NCBI GenBank assembly: GCA_037379345.1
Contig: CM074512.1
Coordinates: 22,816,001 to 22,880,000 of the forward strand
Source of the DNA: Perna viridis
Lineage: Eukaryota
Length of the DNA stretch: 64,000 nt
Direction of reading: 5' to 3'
Part shown: one piece after another, positions 12,590-27,300 of the stretch
How the letters are laid out: each line of letters starts with the position of its first letter
Numbering within the stretch: the stretch's first letter is position 1
Program-made: the position numbers and the translations under genes
The notes under the pieces: model-generated
Seen by the model: only the letters and a program-made list of their open reading frames with translations
What the model was told of the DNA's origin: nothing
Databases searched by the model: none

Positions 12590-13462
12590 AATACCTTCCG
12601 CAGTTTTCACGTTTCCTTTGGGTTACCTTTTCATCATACCATCAGCAGTTCTTCACTTCCTTTGTGTCACCTTTTCATCATACCTTTGGCAGTTCTTCAA
12701 TTCCTTTGTGTCACCCATTCATCATACCTTTGGCAGTTCTTCACATTTACTTTGGGTCACCCTTTCATCATACCTTCAGCAGTTCTTCACCTTCTTAAGT
12801 TACCCTTTCATCATACCTTCAGCAGTTCTTCACGTTTCCCTTGGGTCGCCATTTCATCAAACCTTCAGCAGTTCTTCACGTTTCTCTTGGGTCGCCATTT
12901 CATCATACCTTCAGTGGTTCTTCACGTTTCCCTTGGGTTGCCATTTCATCATACCTTCAGCAGTTCTTCACCTTCTTTGGGTCACCCTTTCATCATACCT
13001 TCAGCAGTTCTCATTTTTCTTGGGTCGCCATTTCATCATACCTTCAGCAGTTCTTCACGTTTCCCTTGGGTCACCACTTCATCATACCTTCAGCAGTTCT
13101 TCACGTTTCCCTTGGATCACCACTTCATCATACCTTCAGCAGTTCTTCACGTTACCCTACCGGTGCACCTGGTCGATGCTCCCAGTTTTTGGTGGAGTCC
13201 GAGTAGCTCATTTGCTTTTGTTGCTTTGTGTGTGTGGTTTTGGTTGCTTTATGTTCTTTGTTGTATGTGTCTTTTTTCCATGTCTGGTCTTTGTCCCTGG
13301 AATACATTCTTTTGATTACCGCTATAACCTTGGTTCCCTTGATTACTCTTTCTCTTGGGTCGTCATTTCATCATACCTTCAGCAGTTCATGTTTCCCTTG
13401 GTTCGCCATTTCATCATACCTTCATAAGTTATTTGCCTTTTGTTTGGATTACCTTTCATCAT
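12590..13462. repeat. 43-46 bp tandem repeat array (about 15 units) interrupted by an interspersed repeat
   Basis: Unit TTTCATCATACCTTCAGCAGTTCTTCACGTTTCCCTTGGGTCGCCA. Confidence 0.95.
13152..13352. mobile_element. About 200-bp unclassified interspersed repeat, copy 1
   Basis: TTACCCTACCGGTGCACCTGG...CCCTTGATTACTCTTTC; second copy at 17283-17469 with the same boundaries. Confidence 0.8.
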
Positions 13463-15211
13463 ATACAAGTTTGAGAAAATGCATGTTTTGATCTTTAATT
13501 CCTAAACCCTAAAAATTAACATAATTAATACCCTCCCTTTGAGGTATTGAACCTTGTACAATATCCCAGAGATTGAATCTCTTATACTCAAAATAAAAGT
13601 CCCTTATTCCTATCTGGTAAGAGCCATTATCAAAATTAATCTCAATCTTCCTTTTGTGGTATGGAACCTTGCATTTTTTTTATTAACATTTCATTCTCCT
13701 TCAACAAATTGTGTATAGGTGCAAAGTAAGAGGAAATGGTGACACAGACCATAACATTAAATGACAGCCAACAATTTATGATCTTGTAAAATTTCAAGCC
13801 GCTGCAATGAGTAGTTAAAGAGAAAACTGTGCCAGAAAAAAGTGTTATGAAAACATGTTAACACAGACTGGGGTAAAACAATATACCCCTATCCTTTAAA
13901 GCAGGGGTATAAAAGACAAGTTCTGAATCCCAGTAATTATCAATGATATAACATGAACAAGTATTTAACAATTTATTCTATAATAGCAACTATCTATAAA
14001 TAAACAAAACCTAAATATCTAAAAGATATACAAATATATCCAAAACATAACAAATAATACATAATTGCACACTGATTTAAACATACAACCATTGTTTTTT
14101 ATATTAATATCTGACACCAAGAAAAACAGCATTTCATAAGTCACGACAGAAAGTAACACAAGCCAAGTGGGGGCCAGATATGAAGTTTTGTCAATATGTT
14201 CAAAACTAATATTAATATGTCTTTTCGGTAAAGTTGCTATTAACATTGTCATTTGAAATTGCTTATATTTTTCAGCATTATGACAGTAGCCTGAGATAAT
14301 TAGTTAGGTTGGAAGAATAACTAACTTATACGGATGATGCACTTCAATTCCTTTTCTTTCATAATGATTTCATTTAGTTCTAAGAAAAGGGAACATTTCA
14401 CATTTTTTTCTCTGTAATCATGTAATACCTCTTTACATTGAAATAAAAAAAAAACTACAGTTTTTGTAAAAGTAAAAAATAGGGCACACTGGGACATTAA
14501 ATGATACCCAACACACAAGAAATTTATAGGAGTAAAACAACTTAAAATGGCCATAACTTTTGTGAAAATAATCAAATCAAACTAAATACAAACATGATTT
14601 GTATTTCATGATACTCAATAAATATGCAAAGTTTGAAAAATAGTTGTCATCTGGAAACCATCAGAGGGCAGACTGATAGATAGACACACAATGTTTTTGA
14701 GTGGGGTAATAAAAATTTTAAAGAAACACTGAAGGCTCAAAAGATCATGAAACATTATCCAGTTTTAACAATATAAATTTAGTTGACCTATCAGCAGCAA
14801 CTCCTTTGTGTGTACAAGTGGAAAGCCAAAAAAAGCAAATACAATAAAATGTTTTTCCAAAGCAAGGTTCTGCCTACATTAAAGAGACCAAAAAAGGTAT
14901 TTATGCTTGTCTTTATGAAAAAATATTTTCTTTCTTCTCCTTTCTTTTAAGAAAGAAGCAACAGAAGTTAATTTAAACAAATTTACTTGCACTAAAACTT
15001 TTATATACCAAAAACTTGAGAAATTGAAACTGTGAGTTTGTCATATTGTCTTTTAAAAAATTCTAAGACTGTAAAAATTCAATCACATAAGTAATATCAC
15101 AATGTCTAAATTAACAGTAGATACTAAATCAACAAGTCTGGATTAAACAGCTGACTCAGTACATTCATAGGTCCAACTATCAAATATACAACTTGACTAA
15201 ACAAAGACGGT

Positions 15212-15391
15212 TTACACAGTATAGAACTGAGTGGCAGCAGAAGACTGAACCTCATTCTGACCAAGTTTAAACTGGATTCTTTTTAGCCATGACAGAAGGA
15301 CACTCGAGTTAAAAAGTGTCATATCATTAGCAGGTGCCGGGGGTTCCCAATTCTCTACTGTTTGTAGTCTCACTTGTAAATGACCAGGTAA
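15212..15391 (-). CDS. unc79: unc-79 terminal coding exon (LPGHLQVRLQ...AATQFYTV-stop)
   Basis: AG acceptor, TAA at 15212-15214, conserved UNC79 C-terminus. Confidence 0.94.
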   Translation of the reverse strand, partial: LPGHLQVRLQTVENWEPPAPANDMTLFNSSVLLSWLKRIQFKLGQNEVQSSAATQFYTV

Positions 15392-18300
15392 CTAAAAAAT
15401 AAAAAAAATATAATTCAAACAAACTTAAGCTAGTAAACATACATTTATCTCAAGGTTTCATTTATTTTTGTAGCACTTCAACAGGTTAAGATTCTTGTAT
15501 CTCCATATGCTACACAAGCAAAAAGAATTCTACCCTTAATAAATTCCTACAGTACAAGATTTAAATCCCCCTGTAACATTGTTATTACTTGTCAAGGTAG
15601 AGAGAGGGATAGGTCTTAACAAGATCAATAACGTGCCTGAACCAGCATCACGGTAGAGAGAGGGATAAGTCTTAACAAGATCAATAACGTGCCTGAACCA
15701 GCATCACGGTAGAGAGAGGGATAGGTCTTAACAAGATCAATAACGTGTCTGAACCAGCATCACTGTCAAATATTTTTCAGCACATAAATATCTTCAAGCA
15801 TAAATGAATAAACACCAACCAAGTTAAAAACTTTTATCATATATTTAGATAAAAATATACCTTTTGTATATGCAATATAAGTGTTTGTTTAAACCCTATA
15901 TTCTTTACCCTATATTGCATACCCTATATCACACCACTAGACCTATATCGCATACACATATCACACCCCTAGGCCTATATCACATACCCTACATTATACC
16001 CCTTCACAAACCATACTTAAAGTATAGTTAAAATCTACGATTTAATGAACATGACATGTGATATGTGATATCAACCCTTGACCTGTATCATCCCACAGGC
16101 TGGTGCCCCTTAAGGTGATATAGGAGTCTCAGGTTGATACAGATTTTGACATGTAATGTTTAGTATAAAAAGTGGCTTACATTTTACCTACAGTACTAAA
16201 AGCATGTTGCTGAAAAAGTGGCTAAGTTCAATGGGAAAAAATTCCCTAAAATTTGTTTATAGTAGGAGGTGCACAATCTTCAATATGTAAAAAACATCAT
16301 GAAAAATTTTAATTATATTTGTTCAAAGATTATTGAGCTACAAATTACACAAAATAGGTACCCATGACAATAATAAATAAAAAAAACTGAATAAGTTCAA
16401 CACACTAAAGAAAGTGTTGGAAAAGAATTAGTAAATGTCTCAATAATATGAAATTCTCATCTTCAATATATATATATATATAAACTGTGCAAAGTTTAAA
16501 TAATATTGGTTCAATATTTTTTTAGTTAAAAATAATCGGTACATAATGTAGGTACCATTAAGTGTGACAGACAATTGGATGAGCAGAGTAGAGCAGCTAT
16601 TTTCACTGTTAGTCACACAGGTAAAATACTGATACACTGTAAAAAAAGAAGTGTTCCATGTCCTGAACTTGTCCCAGTGATTCATTTATAAAATATTATA
16701 AGATATTTCGAACTATTTTGATTAAAAATCTGGCAACCAGGAAGTTGTTTGACCAATTCAAAAAGCTGGCAATACCATATAACAAACAAAGGAAAAACAA
16801 CACAGAGAATTTCATTCATTTTTTATTAAAAACTTTAACAAAACAACAAGATCATTCCAGCAAACAGGCAACTGATGCTTAACAAAGCAAAAAAGCTGTA
16901 CAACCTACCAAAGTCAAACTAAAGACAACATTTCCAATTGCTACCATTGTGAAAAAGGTTTTTAAATTTTACAGAGGAACAGACATACAGACAACAGTGA
17001 AACTTAATGCCCTGAAGCCTAGAAACTGCACACAAAAATGGGGTATTAAACCAAAATTATGTGTAATAGGGGTCTTATATGGACTTACCTGTGAATGATA
17101 TGTAAATAAAATAGATGTCCACATTGGAAACAGCTGTAAGAGAAACAAAACCATCAAGTCAGAAATCCAAATTTAAAAAGCAAGTTAAAATATAAAATGT
17201 TCAATGTGTCACAGTTTTCCTTTCCCCAGACTTGACTTTTCATGAGCAACTCAGTAGGTGTTTCAAAAAAAGCAGAGGACAATTACCCTACCAGTGCACC
17301 TGGTCCATGCTCCCAGTTTTTAGTGGAGTCCGAGTTGCTCATTTGCTTTTGTTACTTTGTATGTATGATTTTAGTGACTTTATGTTCTCTGTTGTGTATG
17401 TGTTTTCCATGTCTGGTTTTTGTCCCTGGATTACATTCTTTTGACCTTGGTTCCCTTGATTACTCTTTCAACTTCTGAAAACTCTTTCTTCAAGTACTTT
17501 TTGAAAAAATTTTTTGAACAAGTTTTGAATATACAAATAATTTATTTTTCATCACTTTCAATAAATCCCACTGAAATATAACTTGTAGTTGAAGGTTGTA
17601 ATTTTATTAAATCAGGCATTAGTAGTTACTACTTTCTAATTACTGGTAGATGTGTATGATTTCTAGTTATTATTTATGCAGTTCTTGGGTTTTGTGGTCA
17701 CAATTTATTTTCATACCATGAATTCATGTTAATATTTTGTGTACTATTAAAGGAACCTGTCAAGTGTGATTCGTGATTTTTATAATTAAATTTATTCCTT
17801 TTTTTCATTGTTGTCATCAGTTTGAGTGTCAGAAATCATAGATATAGAACTCTTACATTTTCAACTGTGGTTGTTTTCCTAAAGTACAAAATATATATGA
17901 TGAAACCTAAGTTTATTGTATAGGTAAGCACTAGATGGTTGATTTAGATCCATTGACTTTATAACTGTCTATCTCAATATACAATGTTCGTTAACATGGA
18001 CCTATTCATGAGAGATCTTAAAATAGGCAGGTGAGAAGTATGCATGAAAAACTAAACTGCATTGCAGGGCCCATCTTGATATGAATACTCATTTCTAAAC
18101 AGTTAGTCTCAACCACCAAAATCCATACCAACCTTTCATCCTGTGGTGGTATGGCACCTTCTGGTACAACTTCAAACAGATCCACTCAATTATAGTCAAG
18201 CTTTTATATTTAGTTCAGAGAATGTGGTTTTTTTTTTTACTTAAACACAAGTTGCAATATGGTTGTTTTTAAATAAAACTTGGTACCTTTGCCAGTACAG

Positions 18301-21300
18301 AAGAGTTGCACTCTCTCAGGGCTTCCATCAGTCCAAGAAAATGTAGGTTCACTTTCTCAGAGAACTACAATAAACACAAGAAAGCACCTTGTCAAATATT
18401 CATCCCTTTAACAGTATGTTTATCATTCAATAGATTACAATGTTATCTTTTTTTTTAAACGAAACATTGTATTGGTCTTAACAACACTTTTGATATAGAA
18501 ATCTCAAAATACAGCTAGTAAAACAACTGTGTTCAATGTTAAAGAAGTGAACTTAAAAACTGAGCAATGCTCACTGAACTGATATCCCCAATCCCCCATC
18601 TGATAATATACACCTTTTAACCTCCACATTAATTTGAATCAAAATCTTAAGAGGGGGTGCACAATGTAATATGTAATAAAAACTCTGTGAAAGTTTCATT
18701 AAATTCAATTCAGTTGTGTAGGAGTTACCTATAACAGATGGGTACCCCTACCTCAGGGAAGGATAAAGTTCATGTTCACAGATGTGAGACGTAAAAACAC
18801 TTCAGATAAAAATCTAAAATAAGAGGTGCTCTTTTCAATAAATAAGTATGGAATCTGTGAACATTTCATTAAATTCAATTTAGCAGTATAGGAGGAGTAA
18901 CAGATAATAGATGGGTACCCAATATTAAGATGTTCATAAACTACTAAGTCCATGTTTTGCTATATGAAACCCCCAAATTGATTCAGATCAAAATCTAAAA
19001 TATGAGGTAATATATAATAAAAGTTCTGTGAAAGTTAAATTCTATTCAATGGTGTAGGAGGAGTAACAGACAAGAGATGGGTACCCCTCTGTGTTACAGA
19101 AGAAAGTACAAATGGAAGGAAAGACAACCCTATACCAAGGGAGGTGGCAAAATAAAGTGTAAATGATAATCTCTACAATACAGGAGAGAGTACAATGAAA
19201 AACAATAAAACGATATTAAAAATTAATTAGCTATAGTTTACATTATGATCAAATGTTTCTATAGCAAACCACTGGTATAATATCTGTATGTATCCTCCAA
19301 TCATTATCTTTTTACTGTCAAATACAGATGTGCCTTATTTTGTGCACATGTACTTTATTGCTTGTATTACTTAAGACACTTCAGATACTTATACTGGATC
19401 ATATTTAGCCAGCAGTTCCTCAAATATTCTATTTATTGAGGAAACACACTGATAAAACATTATAACTCATGTCATGAATTATTTTTTTCTCATTTCTGAC
19501 ACCTTATATCAAACACAAATATACCAGTAGTTAACTTATACAGGTCAACCAAACAAATCATCATTAATTTTCTATTGTTTGAGTGATATCACTAGTTCAA
19601 TAATTATTTAATTTTATAAGTCATTTCCCTTTTAAGCAGTATGACTTTTATTACTAAGGGAAATAGCAATATACCTCTTTTGGTGTTGAAAGGAGTTGTA
19701 GTATGCCTGGTGTGACTCGAGCCCAGAAATCCATAATAGTAGATGAAGCAGCATGGTGACTCTCTGATGTTACTGGATGCTGGGCTGCAGCTGACTCACA
19801 ATACATTGACCACAGCTGAAATTAATTTTTAGAGCATCTTCATAGGTAATTTTTAACAGTTTCTTTTTCATTGAAGTTCAGTAATTTATAGCAGAAAGAC
19901 TTTTAAGGAAAATTCCTGAGTCTAAATTTACAATTCAAATTCCTGCTGTAAAAATTATACTTCAAAAGGTAAGTAACTATGGTCAAAGAACTAATACTTT
20001 GTAACCTACTTACCTGACAAAGTATGAAAGCATGGAACAAGGAGCTCATATGTAAAACTGAGTCCTGCAAAGAGAAATATTTCATATTTCAGAGGTATAA
20101 TTGAGTAAGCGTTATGTAATCAATCTCATTAAGGAAAAGTGTATTAATATTTAATGATCCGTCATTGAAAGTAAATGTATCATGATTAAACAGTGCAAAA
20201 TATAAATCTGAAATATATAAAAGTTAATTGAACAAACTTACCAGTTTATCATAAATAACTTCGAAGTAAATTGTTTATTTCACTTTTTGACTTAATATAG
20301 AATGAAAACAACATGCTTAATTTAAAAATTCATTAGAATTTTAACTTCCTTTACATGTAAATCTGTATTATACAGCTGTATTATTTAAATTATTGGTACA
20401 CATTTATTGGTACACATTTTACTCTGTCTTGGTCTTTCCCATTTAAACTAAAATACAGTGAGTAAGCTTACAAAAAGAATACCCCCTGCACCAAGTGAAC
20501 TTATATCATGTTTCTTTAATACTTTTAAACATTTACAATAATCTCCCAATGCATAGACTTGACATTACTTATCGTTGTTCATGCAAATCTAGTTATGAAT
20601 CCCAACCTTCCTGCAAACTTTCATCGAAATCCATTGACCAGTTTATGAAGAGTTATGCATACAAGGTTTTAACATGTAAAAATCTTAAGTTGGATAATCC
20701 TCTTTTGCAGGCATTGAACAAAGGTCACATTCCCTGAGATAGATAGACAGGAGGGGTGATTTATATACACACCAAAACTTTGTGTGCCTAGTTATAATAA
20801 CACAACTAAATCTACACAGCCTCTAAATCAACTAATTGCAAACCAATGTATCACCTAACATAAACATATTGCATTTTCAAGCATATTTTCCCTCAAAATA
20901 GGAACTTGTGTATAAATAGCAAATAAACCTAAAAATTCAAAAAGTAAAATTATAAATAGTGAATATTGCAAAATATTACTTTTAGATTTCAATCCTTAAT
21001 GTGAATATAGATAAATGATAAATGTCTAAAACCCAATATGTGATATAAGCTGTATAAATAAAATAACATCTACTACTAACAATACAAGTGATTTAACCTT
21101 ATGAGTTGGTTTCCATTGAGGATCTGCATGTCGCAGCTTGTATAAACAGTTTAACAATTAATTATAAGTCAATTAACACAAGTCAATTAACACAAGGCAA
21201 AGTTTGCCTTTATTTGATATCACAATTAAACCAAACTCATTATGAATTCTTATACACTGCAACTTTTCTAAATCATAAAAAAATTGAAAAATGATTAACT

Positions 21301-24300
21301 TAGTTTTCCACATATTTAGAAAGTAAACAATGTACAGCAAAATAACATTCATAATAGTGTTTTAATTCTGTACTCTTACTTTTGATCTTTCATCAAATCC
21401 AGTCATTATAACAAGAACATGTTCAGCAATGTAACTACTAGCATCCAGTGGTATTGGTAAACAGGAAACTGGTGCTGCCCCCTCTGTCATTGCTGTGTGA
21501 GTCAATGACCCAATCAAAAGCCAAGATAATGTTCTGATGTGTCCAATGCAGTCTGTGAATTCCTTTGGCCTAAAATATTAACAGAAATAATTTTGACCAC
21601 AATCATACACTTAAAACAAAGACCACATTTATTTTCTGATCTTCAATAGATATCCCTATGAACTTTATCTAGGACCTTATGAATCAATTGAGTTGAAGAT
21701 TAAAAATATAAGTATAGATAGATATTGAAGAACAGCAGAAAGATGGACAGAAGGGCTGATGGACAGTATGTTTCTTCATTCTTTTCTCAACTTCCTTTGA
21801 GATAAAAAGGACTAACCCTTGTTGTACAGTAGATGGTGGATGATATAACCATGGCAGATATCTGGTGATAGCTCTATTCGTCTCTCTGTTGTTACCTCTG
21901 GTAATCTCTAGGGCTACATACTGAGCAATGCCAGACTTTAACTGACTACCCAATGTATCCTCATTCAGGCTACTGGTTCCACTCTTCATATTGTTCTACC
22001 AAATATAATTTTTGACGGTTAATTTTATGCCTCTGTTTTATACACACATTACATACATTATGTGTCATGGCAAGACAGTTATCTTCACTTGTCGACTACA
22101 GGACACTTGTTGACTACAGGATACTTGTCGACTACAGGACACTTAATTTTAAGTAGTAATATTCATTATTGTGGCGTGGTCACACAAATCAAATAATGCA
22201 CATTCAATTCACATTCAATACAAGTACGAATTCAGTTATGCATTTACATGTAACAAATTTCCAACGCAAATAAATGGAACTAAAATAATGTGCAGTATTG
22301 GATTTGCTTTTGGATACATTTTAGATAATGTTAACTCAATGATTCATATTCAAATGGTATATGAATGAACACTTTCAGCAAAAGTGAATTTTTAAAAGTA
22401 ATCCAATGAAAATCTAACAATTTAATGTGTGTTAAACCAAAGCCAATTCAGGTGAACCTTACTGATGTTTCCAATGAACACTGAATCAATGCAAACTGGA
22501 TAATTTGAATTGAATGTGAATCATGCGTAAATGCATAATTGGTTTAGGCAACTGTTGAGATGAGATACACGTAGTAGTTTTGACACTTATATTATTGAAT
22601 TTAACATTCATAAGAATGCAGACCAATAAGAAATTCTAAAGACTTAAATAAAAACAGGTATTTCTTATGAAGAATAGTCCTCAACATCATTTGTAAGACC
22701 TTTTGAGGCAGATAATCACACTGAAATTTCTAATATATTCATTCTGACATCACCATCAGTGGTTCCAACTGAAGTACATCTTATATAGAAGATATAATTT
22801 TTTATCACCAAGGTTTATCAATGAGTAATAAAGCCATTTTTAAAAAATAAATTTTGATCAAATACAGGTTAACTTTTAGATAACCCCTCTATCATTTCCA
22901 TATACATTTTAAAGTAGATTCCTAAAGCTCATGAATACACTGAAAGGAGAACAGTGCTGTTTAAGAAAAGACATACAAACACAAAGACAAATTTAACAAG
23001 AGGTAAATGTGTAATTTTCATATGATATTAGATATAAGTTTTGGTTACCTTGACCTTAGATAAGGTATGTATATCTGATATAAACTCCAAGCATTCATTC
23101 AGATGTTCCCTCATACATTCAGCAGCACATGTGCTAACCAACATATGTGCATGTGTTTTGTACAACATTCCTTGTTCTCCTATAATGTTGGTATTAGCTA
23201 TGGTTCCTCCTCCATCCAACACTACAAACTACAATGTTTCAAATCAATCAACTAAGAAATAGGTTAGCTGTGGTGCAGCATGAGTAATGGATAAAAGATA
23301 GGTACCCCTCCGCGCAATAGAAGGAAGTACAGACAGAAGACACCTTAATTACCTGTTGAGGGGGGAGGTTATAATAATAAATAGTCAGTCCTTGTTAAAT
23401 GTGAGATAAATAAGAGTCTCCCTGCATTATTTGGATTCTGATATGAGTACAACTTTTATTTAGGTTTTTGAAAAAAAATTTAGCCTATATACATTTGTAT
23501 AGTGAAACTTGGCTAAACCAAACTCCTTTGGGACAACATGATTTATTTGGTTTAGGCAGATGTTGGGTTCATAATGGTTCAGAATGCAAAATAACCCTGA
23601 AATAAAGGGACTTAAAGAGATGTATTGTTTAGATATGCATTCATTTAATCAGGGTTCAATAACATCAAAGTTCTTCTGTACTAATATGGTAAAAACTATG
23701 GATGTTGTTGAAAAATAGAAAAAAAATATGTGTGTTGTTGAAACATGGTAAAAAACAATATATGTGTTGTTTAAACATGGTAAAAAAACAATATGTGTGT
23801 TATTAAGTCATGGTAAAAAACAATATGTGTGTTGTAGAAACATGGTAAAAAACAATATGTGTGTTGTTGAAACATGTCATGTTAGAAAAACTCATCAGTG
23901 AGTAAAACACTGTTAGAACTGTGACATTGTTTATAATATTTTTTTTCTTTATAAGAAAAACATATTACAACAATGGAAACCAAGTAGTTTTACCAATGTG
24001 ACACTATGGTTACAATCCATTCTGAACCAACTTCAATGTTCTCACCATGGAGTATGTATACCATGCTTTATGTCAAGATGAACAATAATCAACAATAAGG
24101 AGAATCTAAATAAAAGCAGACAGAAAATATGTCTAAACATGTATATGCAGTAATAATGACTTATGTTAACTTTATAGCCTGATTTGATTTACAATGATTA
24201 CCTGGACCAGAAGTAGAAAGTTTTCATCTGGTAAACTGATTTTGAACTTCATAGCCTGGACTAACTCAAATATTACAGTCCTTGTCAGGTAGAGCTTGTC

Positions 24301-27300
24301 TCTTTCCTAAATAAAGAAATTCTACATTTAAGAACATGCCATTGGTGACAGAAATCATTTATGACTTTCATTTTACAAAAATAAAACTTCATGAAAAACT
24401 GTTACAGAATTGTACCTTGAATTTGAATGATTTAATGCTGGTACCTTCCTTTTTAAACATCTATATATATCATAAATAACATTTCTATAGTTTTAGTCAA
24501 AACCATGGAGTGTTTAAGAAAGAGATGAGGACATGTAAAACACTTCAACTATTTAAAGAACCTTAATGAGCATGCTCACAATACCGCATGCACCCACATT
24601 TGCTCTCTTTAGAAGCCAAGTCCTTATACCAAATGGCCCCCTTGACTGATTTCTGTAAAAATCCATCCCATCCAATTGCTTATTTCTACTAATTTTCATG
24701 ATAGTTTAAAGGAAATACAGCAAAATTGGAGGCACTTAGTACCCAAGCAACAAGCCTTTTAACAAAGTCTCCCTCCCAAAAAATTTGTATCCCTGTACTC
24801 TTTCTAAGGAAATCAATCCCATCCAAAATTTAATAGCTATTAACCACTCACCAAAGTTTGAAGGAAATCAGTAAAAAGATGGAGGTGCTATCCAGACAAC
24901 ATGCTAAGACTGACAGAGGGACAGATCAAAGAACATTATACCCCTGCAATTCCTTGCATGGGGTATAATTATTTTCCCAAGCAGGCATTCAATAGCCATT
25001 ATCTTCTTTCATGCACATATGATGCCTAACATTACTATAATCCATTGAGCTATTAGACAGAGTTACACCTAAACAGACTAGACAATGTGATTCCTATATA
25101 CTCCCAAACTTAGGATATGATCAGAAAATGTTCATATGTTTCAACCTGTCAATAATTTTTACCTTTATATAGGACCTATTTCCCAAGGAACATATGTCCA
25201 ACATGTGCTGCAACTTGAAATTACAGTTCTGTACAGCAAAACTTAGCAACTTTGAAAAAGGTTCCAAGATATACTGAAAGGAAAATGGTTTTATCATATT
25301 CAGTGCAAAATTGATTATTATTCATTTTCCTAAATATATCTCTTTACAGCTCTTACTCAAACTCAGAAACAAGCAATCTGATTAGTCTATTTCCTCAATG
25401 ACCTACATGGATGAATTTTGTCTTCAAAATGTGAAAGAATAGAAAAAATAAAATAGAGTTAGATTTTAATTAAGTATCATAAAACAGGTAAGCATATTTT
25501 GTGTAACTTACTTTTTTATGCATCATCCTGAAAGTTGCAGACCATCACATGTTTTCATGTCTTCATTTGTCTATTTGTTTACATTTTTGAAATGAAAAAT
25601 ATCTTTCAAATTGTGTTAAAGACACAAATCCATCTTATATATAAAAAAAAAAATATAAATGATAAATGATAAGTAAAACTATTTACCCCCCCCCTGCCTT
25701 TAAGTGGGGTAGGTAGCTGCCTTGTTAGAATAACGTATATACAAGGGTATGGAACAAATTCTCATCTAGTGTTTGAGACACAAACCTGATTTTGCTTTGA
25801 ATACTTGGTATAATTTTAAAAATACATATTCCAAAAATAACCTATATCAATATCCACAGTTTCAGAAGACAAGATTTTTTAAAACCTGTGAATGGACGAC
25901 AATGGCTATATTTTATGACTAATCGATTCCTTCTTCTTAAAAAATGCAGCTTACCCTAGCATTACTGATGCCTGAGACTTTAAGTATAGCTGTAATGATC
26001 TTTAGTACTGGTGTCATATCACATGGACTTGGCAATACCGATGGTAACTTCCTCAGGACGATTTCAAACTGACAAATTATACTATTCCACATCGGTGCTG
26101 AGGACTCCAGCGATATACAGTTGATATACATTGACAGGTTGTTCAGTAGGAGCATGATATTGTCTGATGGCAGGTTCTTCCTGTTGTTAAGACCCTGTAG
26201 AAGTTATGAAGAATGAATTAGTCAGTCAGGATTAGTTGTGATAGTTTAAATATACCCTAACTTGAAGTAAACAAACAAGAGGCTACCAGGAGCCTGAATC
26301 ACTCACCTGGTTAATTTTTCGTCTTTTAAGGACAATATCTCTAATACTCACCTGGTTAATTTTTTGTCTTTTAAGGACAATAACTCTAATAAGAATCTGT
26401 CCAACAATTTTGACTCACTGAACACTTTTGTAGGACTTATCAGAAGGATCATTTCATCACCTGAAATTTTCATTCTATCTATTTTAGTTTTTCAAGTTAT
26501 TGACTGAAAACTGCTAAAAACATAATTTTTTGCTTTTCAAGGGTAATAACTCTACCAAGAAGTCATCCAACAAGTTTGATCACCACAAATATTTGTAGGC
26601 TGTATCATAAGGATCATTTCAAAAATTTAAAGTTTTATTCTATTATAGTTTTCAAGATACTAGTTAAAAACTGTAGAATTAGGCTAAACCTAACTGTTTT
26701 GGAGATATATGCAAAAAACTACTGTCTGATCCCTTTGTTCTACTTTTAGTAACGGCGGTCATGTTTTTTGATGAATCAAAAATCCTGACATCAGTTCTAT
26801 GCAGGATACCTCAAGGAACATTCATACCAAGTTTGTGCTAATTGGTCAAGTAGTTCCAGAGGTAAAGAGCTTTGTATAATTGTTAATGACAAAGGGCAAT
26901 GACGATGGATGCCAAGTAATGGCAATATCTCACATGGCCTTTGGCCAGGTGAGCTAAAAATGTGTTGATCTAAAACTTCTAAAATTTAAAAAGCTTAACT
27001 TTAACCATTCTCATTAAGTTTCATAAAAATTGGACAAGTGGTTTAGGAGGAATTATAGATACAAATAGCCACCTTCTATCATCAAACTAATTCAACAGTT
27101 AAGTCAATATTACTGATCACTATATATATATGTTACCCTGCTTTAAAAGTAATGGGGTATAAATCTCATCTGTTTCCAGTAAAAAAATTAAACTTTGATA
27201 CTGATTTAAGTTTGTTTTCATGTATTCAGACATATAATAAGGAAATCCAGCACTTTTAACATGCTTTTTGCTCTGTTTCAAGAATAACCCCTTTTTAAGT

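Noticed and set aside
12364-13491. Overlapping 87-269 aa plus-strand ORFs
   Set aside because: All arise from the 46-bp array and the T-rich inserted repeat, which lack stops on this strand; periodic sequence with no family resemblance.
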